From a virus (Duplodnaviria; Caudoviricetes), in IMG/VR virus record IMGVR_UViG_3300033066_000410, positions 1 to 64,000 of that record: 64,000 bases of DNA; one strand, 5' to 3'. This document shows, piece after piece, positions 1 to 9,731 of this stretch. The notes beneath the pieces are model-generated. The model made no database searches, was not told the origin of the DNA, and saw nothing but the letters and a program-made list of their open reading frames with translations. The first letter of the stretch is position 1; each line of letters opens with the position of its first letter. A program made the translations under genes and the position numbers.

Positions 1-40
1 TCAGAAGCATAAAACTCGCCAAATAATTTTTCTTTTTCGC

Positions 41-541
41 TCATACACTATGGTTATTTAATAGTTTATCTCCATACTTTTCTTCGGCCTCTTGTAGCTC
101 ATTAAGAGTTTTCAGCTTTACAACATAATAGCTATTTCTTCTAAGCCCTGCGAATAACCTTTGAGTGTTTTTATCGTAAAGGTCTATATCATCGTAAACA
201 TTAATCATTTCATCCAGTCTTGCCTCTAAGTCCCAAACTTGTTGCTCCCTATCGTCTCGCTCCTTTTCCAATTTACCTATCATCTCTGCGCATACATCAA
301 GTTTTTGATTCTCTATAGCATTGCACCGGTCAAATAGTTTTTGGTAGCGGATAGAAGTTTCCTCAAGCCGAACAACTGCTCTATTCTTTTCATCAAGCAT
401 TCTTTGAACTTCCTCTTTGTCTGCCCGTCTTTCAGCCGCATGGCAGGCTACCTCTGTTTTTAACAGGTCTATCTCTAGTAATGCCTGCTCATATTTTTCC
501 TCTAGCTCTTTATACTCTTCTAGCTCTATCCGTCTTGGCAT
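41..541 (-). CDS. hypothetical coiled-coil protein
   Basis: 166-aa ORF rich in E/K/L heptads; its TGA overlaps the ATG of the next (window-truncated) gene at 42-44. Confidence 0.7.
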   Translation of the reverse strand: MPRRIELEEYKELEEKYEQALLEIDLLKTEVACHAAERRADKEEVQRMLDEKNRAVVRLEETSIRYQKLFDRCNAIENQKLDVCAEMIGKLEKERDDREQQVWDLEARLDEMINVYDDIDLYDKNTQRLFAGLRRNSYYVVKLKTLNELQEAEEKYGDKLLNNHSV

Positions 542-543
542 TC

Positions 544-1422
544 CTATTTAAGTTTAAAACAAGTGTCAGCAAACGGGCATCGCATAGCCCTTTTTTCGGT
601 TCTTTTTGTGCAGGCTGTGCGGGGGAAAATATCGTGTCCGGTCAAATCATCACTTCTTGTTCTACGCATGTTTGAAAAATATCTAACCGTTATTTCTTTA
701 GATAGCTTTTTAAACCACTCCACATACTCCTCATCTACAGGAACTATATATTCCTTAAAGTCTGATGTGTCTTTGTTGAAGTATACATACAAAACCTCTT
801 TAATGCCTAGGAAATAAAAATAAATACTAGCCTGCTTAATGTGCTCTAGCTTAGGTGCTCTTAACGCACTGTAGCCGAATGAGTTTATTGTTTTTATCTC
901 TAAGCCTAAACGCTTATTGTATAAATGAACGATTCCGTCCGCCTCTCCCTCTATGCCATACTCCGGTGAAGAAACCTCCACCTCAAAATCTTCTAGCACT
1001 CCGCCTTTGTCCAAGCTAGATTGCATGTAAAGGTGAACCATCGTTCCGGTATCAAATATTCTTTGCAGCTTATTATCTACATCGGCATCTCTAACAAACA
1101 TAGGGTCGGGTGCCGTCTCTGAATACTGAAAATACATTTTACGCTTGCACACTTCTACCTCTGTAGAAATCTCGCTAGGGTGAAACGCTCCACTCTTTCT
1201 CGGCCCTTTAATAAAAGCCAACCGGAAAAATTCAAGCACTAACTTTTTTCTAAGCTCAGGTGGTATCTTCTTATAAGCACTTAGTTTATGTGCTAAAAGC
1301 CTTATCTTATGGATAACCTGTTCGTCCGTCAAACGTTCAAACGTTAAATTAAAATTTATACTAGATAGAGTTTTTTCCTCTGTGTCGTATGCCTTTTTAA
1401 GTAGTTCTTTTAAACTCGCCAT
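544..1422 (-). CDS. Cas4-like PD-(D/E)xK exonuclease
   Basis: CKRKMYF, GTMVH, EGEADG, LEIKT, QASIY and C-terminal C..CPFADTC (split 4-Cys cluster ligands). Confidence 0.8.
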   Translation of the reverse strand: MASLKELLKKAYDTEEKTLSSINFNLTFERLTDEQVIHKIRLLAHKLSAYKKIPPELRKKLVLEFFRLAFIKGPRKSGAFHPSEISTEVEVCKRKMYFQYSETAPDPMFVRDADVDNKLQRIFDTGTMVHLYMQSSLDKGGVLEDFEVEVSSPEYGIEGEADGIVHLYNKRLGLEIKTINSFGYSALRAPKLEHIKQASIYFYFLGIKEVLYVYFNKDTSDFKEYIVPVDEEYVEWFKKLSKEITVRYFSNMRRTRSDDLTGHDIFPRTACTKRTEKRAMRCPFADTCFKLK

Positions 1423-1431
1423 TGCTATATT

Positions 1432-3999
1432 TTACTCGAAGATAACCTCGGGTTTCTGAAACTTTGTTACTGCCGTCTTTATAATGCTGCCTATTCCGCT
1501 AACCAAAGACTTCATATCTCTGAACTTAACGTATTTGCTAAACATCTTTTCGCTTTTAACCGAAGTGTTTGAGGCTATGTGTATTATTTGGCATTTGTGG
1601 TGCTTCTCCAACTCTTCTACACAAGCCTTAGTATAAGATACCGGTGAGTAACCAGTAGGAACTGATGCAGAAGGGTCTCCGTCAGAAATCATAAATAACA
1701 CTATCTCTTTATCTGTAAACTTTCTAACTCTGTCTACCGTAAGAAGTAGCGCGTGTCCGTCCCTATTAGTATTGTAAGCATTAACCTTAGCCAAACAACT
1801 TCTATTGCCTTTCTTCTTCCCCTCATAATAAACATGTATAAGGGTGCTCTCATCTGCCATTGAGTTACTGCTATCTGTTGTTGTGTGCCCGTAGCAGTAG
1901 TAGTCAACACCATTAACATTATTAAGGCTTCGCTCAAAAAGAACTGCCAAGGCTCGAGTTAACGTAACGTCATGTGTCATGGAGCCGCTCTCATCTATAA
2001 GAACAACAACAGTAACTCCATTGTTCTGTATCTTCGCTCTTTGCTTGTAAACGTTTTTAGCTCCTAGCACCGCTTCTACTAACGATTCTTCATCGAACTC
2101 CCCCTCATATAGCCCTCTATATGTGTCGCTTTGATTCCTGTTAAACTTCTGTATACTGCTCCTTAAAAGAGGAGCATATTGGTTTACCACAGTTAACGTT
2201 TTATCGTAAACGCTCTTGTTTCCGGTCTTAGACATATCCTGAAAGTAGGAGCCTAACTCGTATGGTCGTAAGTTCTTAACAAGTGGCATTGATACCATCA
2301 TATCTTGTTCCATTCTTTCCTCATGCTTAGAGTTGTTCTCTATCTCACTTCTATCTAGGTCTTCTAGCATGTCGGAAACATTCCTACCTTCTTCAAGCTC
2401 TTGAAGAGACTGTGTTGGGTCTGCTTCTTTTATTTTATCAGCTATTGACTTTACAAGCTCTTTAAACGCCGCCTCCTCATCGGGAGTTATATCATGGTCA
2501 TACTCATCAAACTCTTGATTCTCGGTAGTTCTATGGTCATTACCGGTGTTGCTGCCTTGGTTTCCCCTGCCTCCCTCTTTCGGAGAATCAGAATCATTAG
2601 AACTTTCTTGTTCTGATTTTCCTTTCTGCGGACTGCTACTACCGGAGTCACCTTTAGATTCCTCTGAGCCTTCTTCGTCACCTTCTCCCTCTGAATTACC
2701 GGCTACTTCGTCTTCGGAAGGACTCTCCTCAGAATCTCCTCCTTGTCCATCTCCATCACTATCGTTTGACTCGTCTTCCTGCTTTTCTCCATCTCCGCTA
2801 GCACCTGATTCATCCTGTTTGTCTTCCCCATCTGTCTCGCCCCCATTATCAGAACCTCCATCTTCATTTTCTGCATCTTCACTAGGTTGCTTGGAACGTC
2901 CACCCATGTCGGATTCACCTTCGTCGCCGGCCTGTGCATCGGATTGCTCTGAACCTCCGCGCTCGTTAGATTTTTCTGAATCTTTATTAGCATCTTCTTT
3001 TTTGGATTTACTATTCTTAGAATTTTTGTCGTCCTTATTTTTGTTATCAGTAGCATTGTTTTTACCCTTTCCTTGCCCTGATTGTTGCTGTTCACCATCA
3101 GAACCTTCACCTTCGTCAGAACTTTGACTAGGTTGACCTGGCTGTTGCTTTGGTGGGTTCAACTGCTTCTTATAATACTTCATAATTATGTTATAAATAG
3201 CATTGGCGCAAGAAACTAACTCTGTAGAAGTCTTTGGGTAAGGACTTAGTATTTTAATAACCTGTTTAAGCTCAGGCTCAAATTTTTCAACCAACTCCCT
3301 AGAGCACATTCTAGGGTAACGTATTAGGTGAAGTATCGTAAACATTAAATCGGTAAGGTCTTCACCTGTTGCGTCTTGCTCATTTTTAATAGCACCTTCT
3401 ACTTCTACAAGACGATATTCAAAAACGTATCTTCTTAGTGCTGCAAGGTAATTAGCAAAGCCTGCGAAGCAGTCGCCAACTAACATTTCTATCCGCTCGT
3501 CTTCTAATATGTTTGCTAGTGTAGCTTTTATACTTCTTATGCTAGGGTCGGGGTCTTTAAACGCAAATTCATCAAGAACTGAATCTGTGTAAAGTATATG
3601 CGCCATCTCATGCACACCCTCACCCATAATAACATCTAGCCGGTGGTGAAAAGTTGGAAATTTAATAGAAGGAGCTAATGCCTCTGTAGAAACAACTATG
3701 CTCTTTTTATTCGTGCTATTAATAAACTCAGGAGTAAAAAGTATATTGATAGGCTCCTTAGTGTTACTCATAGAGCTAACCACCTTTCTAGTAAGCATCT
3801 TAGTTATTTCTAACTTCCTCTGAGGGTCAAGCCCCTTGTCGTCACGCATAGGAAGAATATACTTAGAGAAAGCATCAGTATCTTTAAGCTCCCGCTCCCA
3901 ACCTGCGCGGTCTGTTTGACGAATGCTAGTGTAGTCCTTAGACTCTCTGCCTAGCCAGTCACTTTTTACTAACTCGTCGTAAAATGTTGGCTTTTTCAT
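1432..3999 (-). CDS. vWA-domain protein (CobT/NorD-like) with N-terminal HExxH metallopeptidase-like domain and long acidic linker
   Basis: HEMAH...NILEDERIE; MIDAS LIDESGS; MISDGDP; adjacent to a MoxR ATPase. Confidence 0.85.
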   Translation of the reverse strand: MKKPTFYDELVKSDWLGRESKDYTSIRQTDRAGWERELKDTDAFSKYILPMRDDKGLDPQRKLEITKMLTRKVVSSMSNTKEPINILFTPEFINSTNKKSIVVSTEALAPSIKFPTFHHRLDVIMGEGVHEMAHILYTDSVLDEFAFKDPDPSIRSIKATLANILEDERIEMLVGDCFAGFANYLAALRRYVFEYRLVEVEGAIKNEQDATGEDLTDLMFTILHLIRYPRMCSRELVEKFEPELKQVIKILSPYPKTSTELVSCANAIYNIIMKYYKKQLNPPKQQPGQPSQSSDEGEGSDGEQQQSGQGKGKNNATDNKNKDDKNSKNSKSKKEDANKDSEKSNERGGSEQSDAQAGDEGESDMGGRSKQPSEDAENEDGGSDNGGETDGEDKQDESGASGDGEKQEDESNDSDGDGQGGDSEESPSEDEVAGNSEGEGDEEGSEESKGDSGSSSPQKGKSEQESSNDSDSPKEGGRGNQGSNTGNDHRTTENQEFDEYDHDITPDEEAAFKELVKSIADKIKEADPTQSLQELEEGRNVSDMLEDLDRSEIENNSKHEERMEQDMMVSMPLVKNLRPYELGSYFQDMSKTGNKSVYDKTLTVVNQYAPLLRSSIQKFNRNQSDTYRGLYEGEFDEESLVEAVLGAKNVYKQRAKIQNNGVTVVVLIDESGSMTHDVTLTRALAVLFERSLNNVNGVDYYCYGHTTTDSSNSMADESTLIHVYYEGKKKGNRSCLAKVNAYNTNRDGHALLLTVDRVRKFTDKEIVLFMISDGDPSASVPTGYSPVSYTKACVEELEKHHKCQIIHIASNTSVKSEKMFSKYVKFRDMKSLVSGIGSIIKTAVTKFQKPEVIFE

Positions 4000-5264
4000 A
4001 GCTTTTGAATCTCTAGTTTAACCTGCCCTTTCTCTCCTCCATCGGTTTCGTCTCCTTGGTATTGATTTAATACTTCTTTTTCCGCAGCCTTGGCTATTGT
4101 ATAACCATCATAAACCAGTTGGCCCATAGCAATAAGCTGTCGGGTAGATACTTTTTTACTAAGCTCTCCCATAGCCCGTATGTTGTTAGCAAAATCAACC
4201 ATTACCGTTGCTTCGTTTTTGGTAATCTCTGTTCGCTTAACTAACACTTCTATTTCCCTGTCAGAAGGTGGGTAATCTATGTGTTGCGCGGAAAACCTAT
4301 CCATCACCGCACTATCTATTACTGCCGTTCCTGAGTAATTGTAGCCAATATTAGCAGTAGCCCAAAAACAGGTGTCTTCATGCGCCTTTAGCTCTGTCTC
4401 ATACATTGCATTTTCAACGTATAACGTTCTTCTCGAATCTAGCAGAGGTAGTAATATGTTATTAGAAGAAGGGTGCGCCCGAGACAACTCATCGAGTAAG
4501 TATTGATAACCCTTGTAAAGTATCTTACCTTCTTTATCCGGTGCTTGCTCTTGCCCCTTTAAGCACTTAGCAAACCTAGCATATTGATAAGCTGAGTGCC
4601 CTTGTTCATTTATTCGTTGGTTACCGCATAAGGTAGTGACAGGGTTTGATATAGCCATATCAAAGATAGCCATAGGCTTATGAACCTTAGCGGCGACAAG
4701 CTGTGCCAATTCAGTTTTACCACAACCAGTATCGCCGGTAAGTAAAATATTTTTCCTTCTTAATAGCGCGCGAAGTAAGAAAAACCAAAGGTCTCTATCA
4801 ACCCAAAATCCATCTGCGTCAATAGTTGGAGGTTGTAAAGACTTGTCATTTTCTAGCTGCTCCAATAAAGGAACTCTTCTTGCCTTCTTATTAGGGGTGG
4901 CTGCGGGGTCGGAATCTATTAACGTGTTCCCGATAGACCAAGACTTATACTTTTTTATAGCGTCTTTGGTGAAATCATCTGAGAATGGCAAGAATGCAGC
5001 GTTTTCATCAACTATAAGAGCTACTGTAGCTCCTGATACGTAATTTCCGCTATCTCTAGGGGTTATTTCGTTAGTTGCGTATACTTGCCCTTCTTTCATG
5101 TTCTTAATAACATAGCGGGTAATGACCGGTAAGTCTTCATCTACATCTATAGGCTTTTTAGTAGACTTTTCAATAATTTTTTGGTTGCCTAACGGAAAAA
5201 GTATAACCTGTCCGTTTGCAACCTTAGCCCTTAAAAAAACTGGATTGGGTGCTGCGTTTGCCAT
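3996..5264 (-). CDS. MoxR-family AAA+ ATPase (CbbQ/NirQ/CobS-like)
   Basis: Walker A GDTGCGKT, Walker B LLDELSRA, WATAN, AVMDRF, STRQL. Confidence 0.9.
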   Translation of the reverse strand: MANAAPNPVFLRAKVANGQVILFPLGNQKIIEKSTKKPIDVDEDLPVITRYVIKNMKEGQVYATNEITPRDSGNYVSGATVALIVDENAAFLPFSDDFTKDAIKKYKSWSIGNTLIDSDPAATPNKKARRVPLLEQLENDKSLQPPTIDADGFWVDRDLWFFLLRALLRRKNILLTGDTGCGKTELAQLVAAKVHKPMAIFDMAISNPVTTLCGNQRINEQGHSAYQYARFAKCLKGQEQAPDKEGKILYKGYQYLLDELSRAHPSSNNILLPLLDSRRTLYVENAMYETELKAHEDTCFWATANIGYNYSGTAVIDSAVMDRFSAQHIDYPPSDREIEVLVKRTEITKNEATVMVDFANNIRAMGELSKKVSTRQLIAMGQLVYDGYTIAKAAEKEVLNQYQGDETDGGEKGQVKLEIQKL

Positions 5265-5267
5265 CTG

Positions 5268-5510
5268 CTACTTCTTTTTTAGTAAAACTTCTTCTACAAA
5301 CTGTGGGAACTTTGGGTCTACTTTCAAGCCGTATTGTTTGCTCTTACTCATATACGCCTTAGCTACCTCATCAGCGTTGTTGGTTATTAAAAATGGTTCA
5401 TGTCTTTTTACAGTAGTTACCAAGTATAGTTTTATCTGTCCGCGAAATTCTTCGTAACCTATCTCTTTTACCTTTGGTAGCTTCTGCGGAATTTTTCTTT
5501 TCCTTTTCAT
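5268..5510 (-). CDS. hypothetical protein
   Basis: 80-aa basic ORF downstream of the promoter box at 5522. Confidence 0.65.
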   Translation of the reverse strand: MKRKRKIPQKLPKVKEIGYEEFRGQIKLYLVTTVKRHEPFLITNNADEVAKAYMSKSKQYGLKVDPKFPQFVEEVLLKKK

Positions 5511-5521
5511 TATATGTTAGT

Positions 5522-5529
5522 CAAAGATA
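5522..5529 (-). promoter_or_regulatory. Bacteroidota-type -7 promoter box (TATCTTTG)
   Basis: intergenic match to TAnnTTTG upstream of the MoxR-vWA-Cas4 genes. Confidence 0.55.
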
Positions 5530-5575
5530 GTAAAATAGCCTATACTTTAAAGAAGTTAATAAGCATTATTTGATT

Positions 5576-5923
5576 TTACTGATTATTACTTCTTCCTCTA
5601 TTTATTAGTGCCTCGAACTCTGTAAGAGGTAGGACTGCATAGCTTTTTCCATTCTGCTCAAACTGAATTACTTGAACAGGTATTTTCCCCATTTTACATT
5701 TCTTTTCTATACCGTCAAGTTCTTTTATAGTAAGCCTATAACCTATCGCTTGCGTGGTCTTAGCCTCTATCTCCATATCTTCACTCTTAATATCGTTCTC
5801 CCCAAATCGGGCACCGGAGTTACTCGCTAGTTTACCTCCAAATTTTTCTCTAAGTGCCTTCTCCTGTTTACCGGAGCGTTTACGTGTTGGGGTCTCTTTG
5901 TTCAGCCATGCCGGATTTGACAT
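5576..5923 (-). CDS. Holliday junction resolvase (Hjc-like PD-(D/E)xK)
   Basis: GKQEKALR...SGARFGENDI...IEAKTT pattern. Confidence 0.7.
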   Translation of the reverse strand: MSNPAWLNKETPTRKRSGKQEKALREKFGGKLASNSGARFGENDIKSEDMEIEAKTTQAIGYRLTIKELDGIEKKCKMGKIPVQVIQFEQNGKSYAVLPLTEFEALINRGRSNNQ

Positions 5924-6113
5924 ATTTTCCTTGGTTTAGTATGCGCAACTCTTCGTCATAGAATTTTAGCATGTTTTGAACTCTAAATTTATTGTCCTGC
6001 ACAGATTGTAGACGGGCCTTTAGAACCTCCTCTTCATCCATTAGGTCGAAAGAAGTTTCTAAAAGCTCGTTATACTTTTCCTGTATCTCTTTTCTACTGT
6101 CCGATTGCAGCAT
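5880..6113 (-). CDS. hypothetical small coiled-coil protein (start revised to ATG 6113, MLQSDS...)
   Basis: the upstream part of the tracked ORF lies inside recA; the remainder is helical and E/K-rich. Confidence 0.5.
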   Translation of the reverse strand: MLQSDSRKEIQEKYNELLETSFDLMDEEEVLKARLQSVQDNKFRVQNMLKFYDEELRILNQGKYVKSGMAEQRDPNT

Positions 6114-7281
6114 ACACTTTTTCTTTAATTTCAAGGTATAGTTCCTCGTTATCCCTAAGCAACTCAACAACTTTATCTTTGCCTTGTCCAATCTTAATGC
6201 CCTCGTAGCTATACCAAGAGCCGTTAAGAGAAACGATACCAAATGCAACTGCTAAATCTACAATCTGCAACTGCTTATCAGACTGGCAGTAATTTTCTCC
6301 TCCCTCTAGGCTGATATAGTAAGACATAAACCGGTAAGGGATGCCTGTTTTATTCTTAGTGTTCTCTATCTTAATGTGAACACCTAAAACCTGCGTCTTG
6401 TTCTTACTAGTAACCTTCTCTTCTATTCTAGTTTTCATTGAAAGACCTTTTCCGTGGCGGATTCCCCTGCCTCCTTGGGGTATCTCATAAGAATACATAC
6501 CTATCGAAGAGTAGCTTTGATTAACGATGTAAAGCGTAGTAGGGCTTTCGGGGTCTTCGTTAGTATTTGCATTTAACGCTGCTTGCCATTTGCGTATTGC
6601 CTGATTAGTTTGCAACGCATTTTGGTTCATCTTGTTTTCCTGCATTTGGTTCTCTATTTCTTTATCAGCACCAATAGAAGCGATGCTATCAAGCATAATA
6701 AAACCAACTAACGGGTTTCGTATATAGGCATCCACAATATCTACCGCCTGTGAGAATAGCTTAGGTCGGAAATATAGAACGCCTAAAATATCAATACCAA
6801 ATAAGTGCATAAAATCGGGGTCGGTAGTTCCCTCAATGTCTACCATAACCTGTATGCAGGTCTTAGGCTTTGAACAATTACTGCAACTGCAACTCTTTAA
6901 GCTAGGAAACTTATTTTCATCTAGCTCCCATTCTGCTTTAAGTGAGCCGTTAGTGTGGCAGTTAAAGCAATACTTCTGCCATTTACCCATAGCTATAAGC
7001 CCATTACGGGTCTTTCCTGAGTGCTCTTGCCCCAAAGCCTCTATCATTCTACTGATAGGGTAACCTCCATTGTTTGTAAAATCAATAGCCGGCTCATCAC
7101 TACGAACCTTATATATCCTAGGTATATTATCTCCGGTCTTAATAACATTACTTCCGTAGTGTTTATTAAGGTCGTTGGTAAGAACCCTTAGTTTGTCAAA
7201 GTTATTTACCGATGTTTCTACCGTCTTCTCGGTTGCTACTGTGCTATCAACCTTCTCTGCGAGACTCTGTTTTTTTGCCAT
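6094..7281 (-). CDS. recA: RecA/UvsX-like recombinase with Cys-rich insertion
   Basis: Walker A GQEHSGKT, MVDIEG, Walker B IMLDSIA, VNQ, GGRGIRH, KNKTG. Confidence 0.9.
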   Translation of the reverse strand: MAKKQSLAEKVDSTVATEKTVETSVNNFDKLRVLTNDLNKHYGSNVIKTGDNIPRIYKVRSDEPAIDFTNNGGYPISRMIEALGQEHSGKTRNGLIAMGKWQKYCFNCHTNGSLKAEWELDENKFPSLKSCSCSNCSKPKTCIQVMVDIEGTTDPDFMHLFGIDILGVLYFRPKLFSQAVDIVDAYIRNPLVGFIMLDSIASIGADKEIENQMQENKMNQNALQTNQAIRKWQAALNANTNEDPESPTTLYIVNQSYSSIGMYSYEIPQGGRGIRHGKGLSMKTRIEEKVTSKNKTQVLGVHIKIENTKNKTGIPYRFMSYYISLEGGENYCQSDKQLQIVDLAVAFGIVSLNGSWYSYEGIKIGQGKDKVVELLRDNEELYLEIKEKVYAAIGQ

Positions 7282-9230
7282 ATAGGTGCTACTTTTTTTA
7301 GTGGTTGTTTCTTCATATAATCTTTACCAATTTTTGCCCAGTTATCATAGGCTCCACCGTCACACGCTATTGGAACTCTACAGTTAGGGAAAATATTAAC
7401 CATAATATCTTCTACAACTCTGTAGGCTTCTTTATAATCTGCATCAGAAGCGTCAATAACATACTCATCATGCACTACTAGTAAAAGGTGTGCGTCCAAT
7501 CCTAACTCTTTAAATGCGTTGTCAATTTGCTGAATAGCTAACTTCATCAAATCTCCTGCGCCCCCTTGTATTTTTGTATTAATTACAATTCTGCAACCGG
7601 AGCCGTAGGTCTTTCTATTTTTTAACTCGTTGACCTGGCGGATTCTTCCTCCAAGAGTTCTTACATAAAAGTCGTTAGCTTTAACTTTATTAATTTCTCT
7701 TTGAGACCAGTCAGCGAAACCTGAGTAGGCTATGTAGTAACCATCAATAATTTTTTCGGCTTGCTCTACAGTAATAGCCTGCTTTTTATATTCTTCTTGA
7801 GTAATCTCTCCCTTACGAACTTTCTTTTTAAGCTCTGCGTTAAGGGTGTATGCCAAACTATCTCCTCCCATTCCGTATAAGATAGCGAAGTTAAGCGTTT
7901 TACCCTGCTGCCTGCTAAGTGAAAGTCCTACCAACTTACTTACTGAATCTGCGGTAGCTTGGTGCAAGTCGGCTCCTTCCCAAAGAAGTTTAGTTAACAC
8001 AGCATCTCGGCTCTCGTGGGCCATTATACGTATCTCAATAGTAGACCAGTCTAATACGAGTAGCTTTCTACCTTCATCTGCAATAAAGGCAGAACGAACA
8101 CGCTTATCACTTTTTGGTTGATTCTGTAGATTAGGGTCAGAAGAACTAAACCTCCCTGTTCGCGCTCCGGTCTGATTAAAGTTCCCGTGAAGACGGTTAT
8201 CCCTGTCAAGTAGTAAAGGAATTTTATCTACATAAGTATTGAGTAGCTTTTCTAACTTATTATAATCGCTTATAAGGTCTGCTACATCATAACCTCTATA
8301 GGATAATTCTTTAAGCGTTGCATCATCAACACTTCTAGCCCCCTTGTCAGTAGTGGATATGCAGGGGTAACCTAACCGGTCAAATAAAACTTCTGCTAGC
8401 TGCTTATTAGAGCCTATATTAAACTCACAACCTGCCGCAGCATATATTTCTTTAGCCAACTCTTCTTTGTCGGCGTGTAGCTGCTTAGAAAGGTCAAAAA
8501 GTATCTTAGGGTTTATCTTAACTCCGCGCATCTCCATTTCAGCTATAGGGATAATAATAGGCATTTCTATAACCCTGTAAGTATTCATTAGCTGCTTGCG
8601 CTCTAATATGGGTAAAAACACCTCTTCAAGCCTTCCGGTGTTGAAAGCATCGGCACAGGCATACCTACCATATTCATCAAAGTTTACGTTAAACCAATCA
8701 GGATTCTTAACATCAATTATCTCATCGAGTTCTGTCATAGTCTCTTTGAGATACCGTTTAGAATTATCCTTCAACCCTTTTGGCGCATTAACGTCAATAA
8801 GGTAAGCCATAATCATCGTGTCGTGAAGAAGATTGAACACATTAAAGCCATACTTCTTAGCCACCTTGTAATCAAACTTTCCGTTGTGCGCCGTTACCTG
8901 AGCGCCATCTAATATCTTAACTATGTAAGGTTTAGCAACCTCCCAATCAATTCCTTTTGTGTGCTTGTAGTTATACTTAACGTTTATCTTTTTGCGTTTG
9001 TTGTCGGGGTCTTGCTCTTTCTTATTAACTGTAGCTGTAAAGTTAATCTCAATGAAAACAGGGTCGTTGTGCCAGTCCCACATAGAAATACCGGTCATTT
9101 GAAACTCTTCATCTATCGAGGTAGCTTCATACTTTAGTCCGGTTGTCTCCGTGTCAAACACTAGCTTTTTTAGAGCCCTTTCCGCGTAGTTTTTTAGTGC
9201 TGCCTCCGTCCTTATAAGCTCGTATTTCAT
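7236..9230 (-). CDS. polA: family A DNA polymerase (3'-5' exonuclease + polymerase, no 5' nuclease)
   Basis: DTETTG, HNGKFD, YACAD; motif A DWSTIEIR, motif B RQQGKTLNFAILYG, motif C VHDE. Confidence 0.95.
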   Translation of the reverse strand: MKYELIRTEAALKNYAERALKKLVFDTETTGLKYEATSIDEEFQMTGISMWDWHNDPVFIEINFTATVNKKEQDPDNKRKKINVKYNYKHTKGIDWEVAKPYIVKILDGAQVTAHNGKFDYKVAKKYGFNVFNLLHDTMIMAYLIDVNAPKGLKDNSKRYLKETMTELDEIIDVKNPDWFNVNFDEYGRYACADAFNTGRLEEVFLPILERKQLMNTYRVIEMPIIIPIAEMEMRGVKINPKILFDLSKQLHADKEELAKEIYAAAGCEFNIGSNKQLAEVLFDRLGYPCISTTDKGARSVDDATLKELSYRGYDVADLISDYNKLEKLLNTYVDKIPLLLDRDNRLHGNFNQTGARTGRFSSSDPNLQNQPKSDKRVRSAFIADEGRKLLVLDWSTIEIRIMAHESRDAVLTKLLWEGADLHQATADSVSKLVGLSLSRQQGKTLNFAILYGMGGDSLAYTLNAELKKKVRKGEITQEEYKKQAITVEQAEKIIDGYYIAYSGFADWSQREINKVKANDFYVRTLGGRIRQVNELKNRKTYGSGCRIVINTKIQGGAGDLMKLAIQQIDNAFKELGLDAHLLLVVHDEYVIDASDADYKEAYRVVEDIMVNIFPNCRVPIACDGGAYDNWAKIGKDYMKKQPLKKVAPIWQKNRVSQRRLIAQ

Positions 9231-9729
9231 TACCATTCTTTTTTATGTCCTGATATAACCGCTTTGTATAGCCGGCTAACTCATCACAGAACTCGTTATG
9301 CCTATTCCCGTTGTGCCCTTTAACCCAACGAAAATCAACAACAATATTTCTCTGCCGTAATATATTAATAGAAAGCTCTAACTCTTCCCACAACTCTTGA
9401 TTCTTAACAGGCTTTCCTTCTGAACCTATCCAATTATTTCTTTTCCAGTTTGAAATCCAACCAAAGTATATTGTGTCACATAAATACTGGCTGTCAGAAA
9501 CAACAGTGACTTTTTTATACTTAGCATAAAGTTGATTAGCTGTAAAATACTTAATGCCGGATAAAGCTGCCTGAACTTCCATCACATTGTTAGTGGTAGC
9601 CATTTGTGCTCCGCTCCCATAGTGAAAAATAGAATTGGAACCTGAGCTTTCTGAATAACAGTAAGCCCAAGCTCCAATCTTATCAGCAATTTGTGAACTG
9701 CTGCCGTCTGTGTGAATTAATAATTCCAC
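9154..9729 (-). CDS. rnhA: ribonuclease HI
   Basis: IHTDGS, TNNVMEVQA, VSDSQY, KNQELW, WVKGHNGNRHNEFCDELA. Confidence 0.95.
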   Translation of the reverse strand: MELLIHTDGSSSQIADKIGAWAYCYSESSGSNSIFHYGSGAQMATTNNVMEVQAALSGIKYFTANQLYAKYKKVTVVSDSQYLCDTIYFGWISNWKRNNWIGSEGKPVKNQELWEELELSINILRQRNIVVDFRWVKGHNGNRHNEFCDELAGYTKRLYQDIKKNGNEIRAYKDGGSTKKLRGKGSKKASV

Positions 9730-9731
9730 TC

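Noticed and set aside
544-1422. CRISPR-Cas locus suggested by Cas4
   Set aside because: No repeat-spacer array, cas1 or cas2 is visible; the 45-bp duplication has no spacer.
6856-6969. Intein or mobile intron in recA (also considered for polA, terL and the helicases)
   Set aside because: The insert is short, has no intein terminal motifs or homing endonuclease, and the other genes are uninterrupted.
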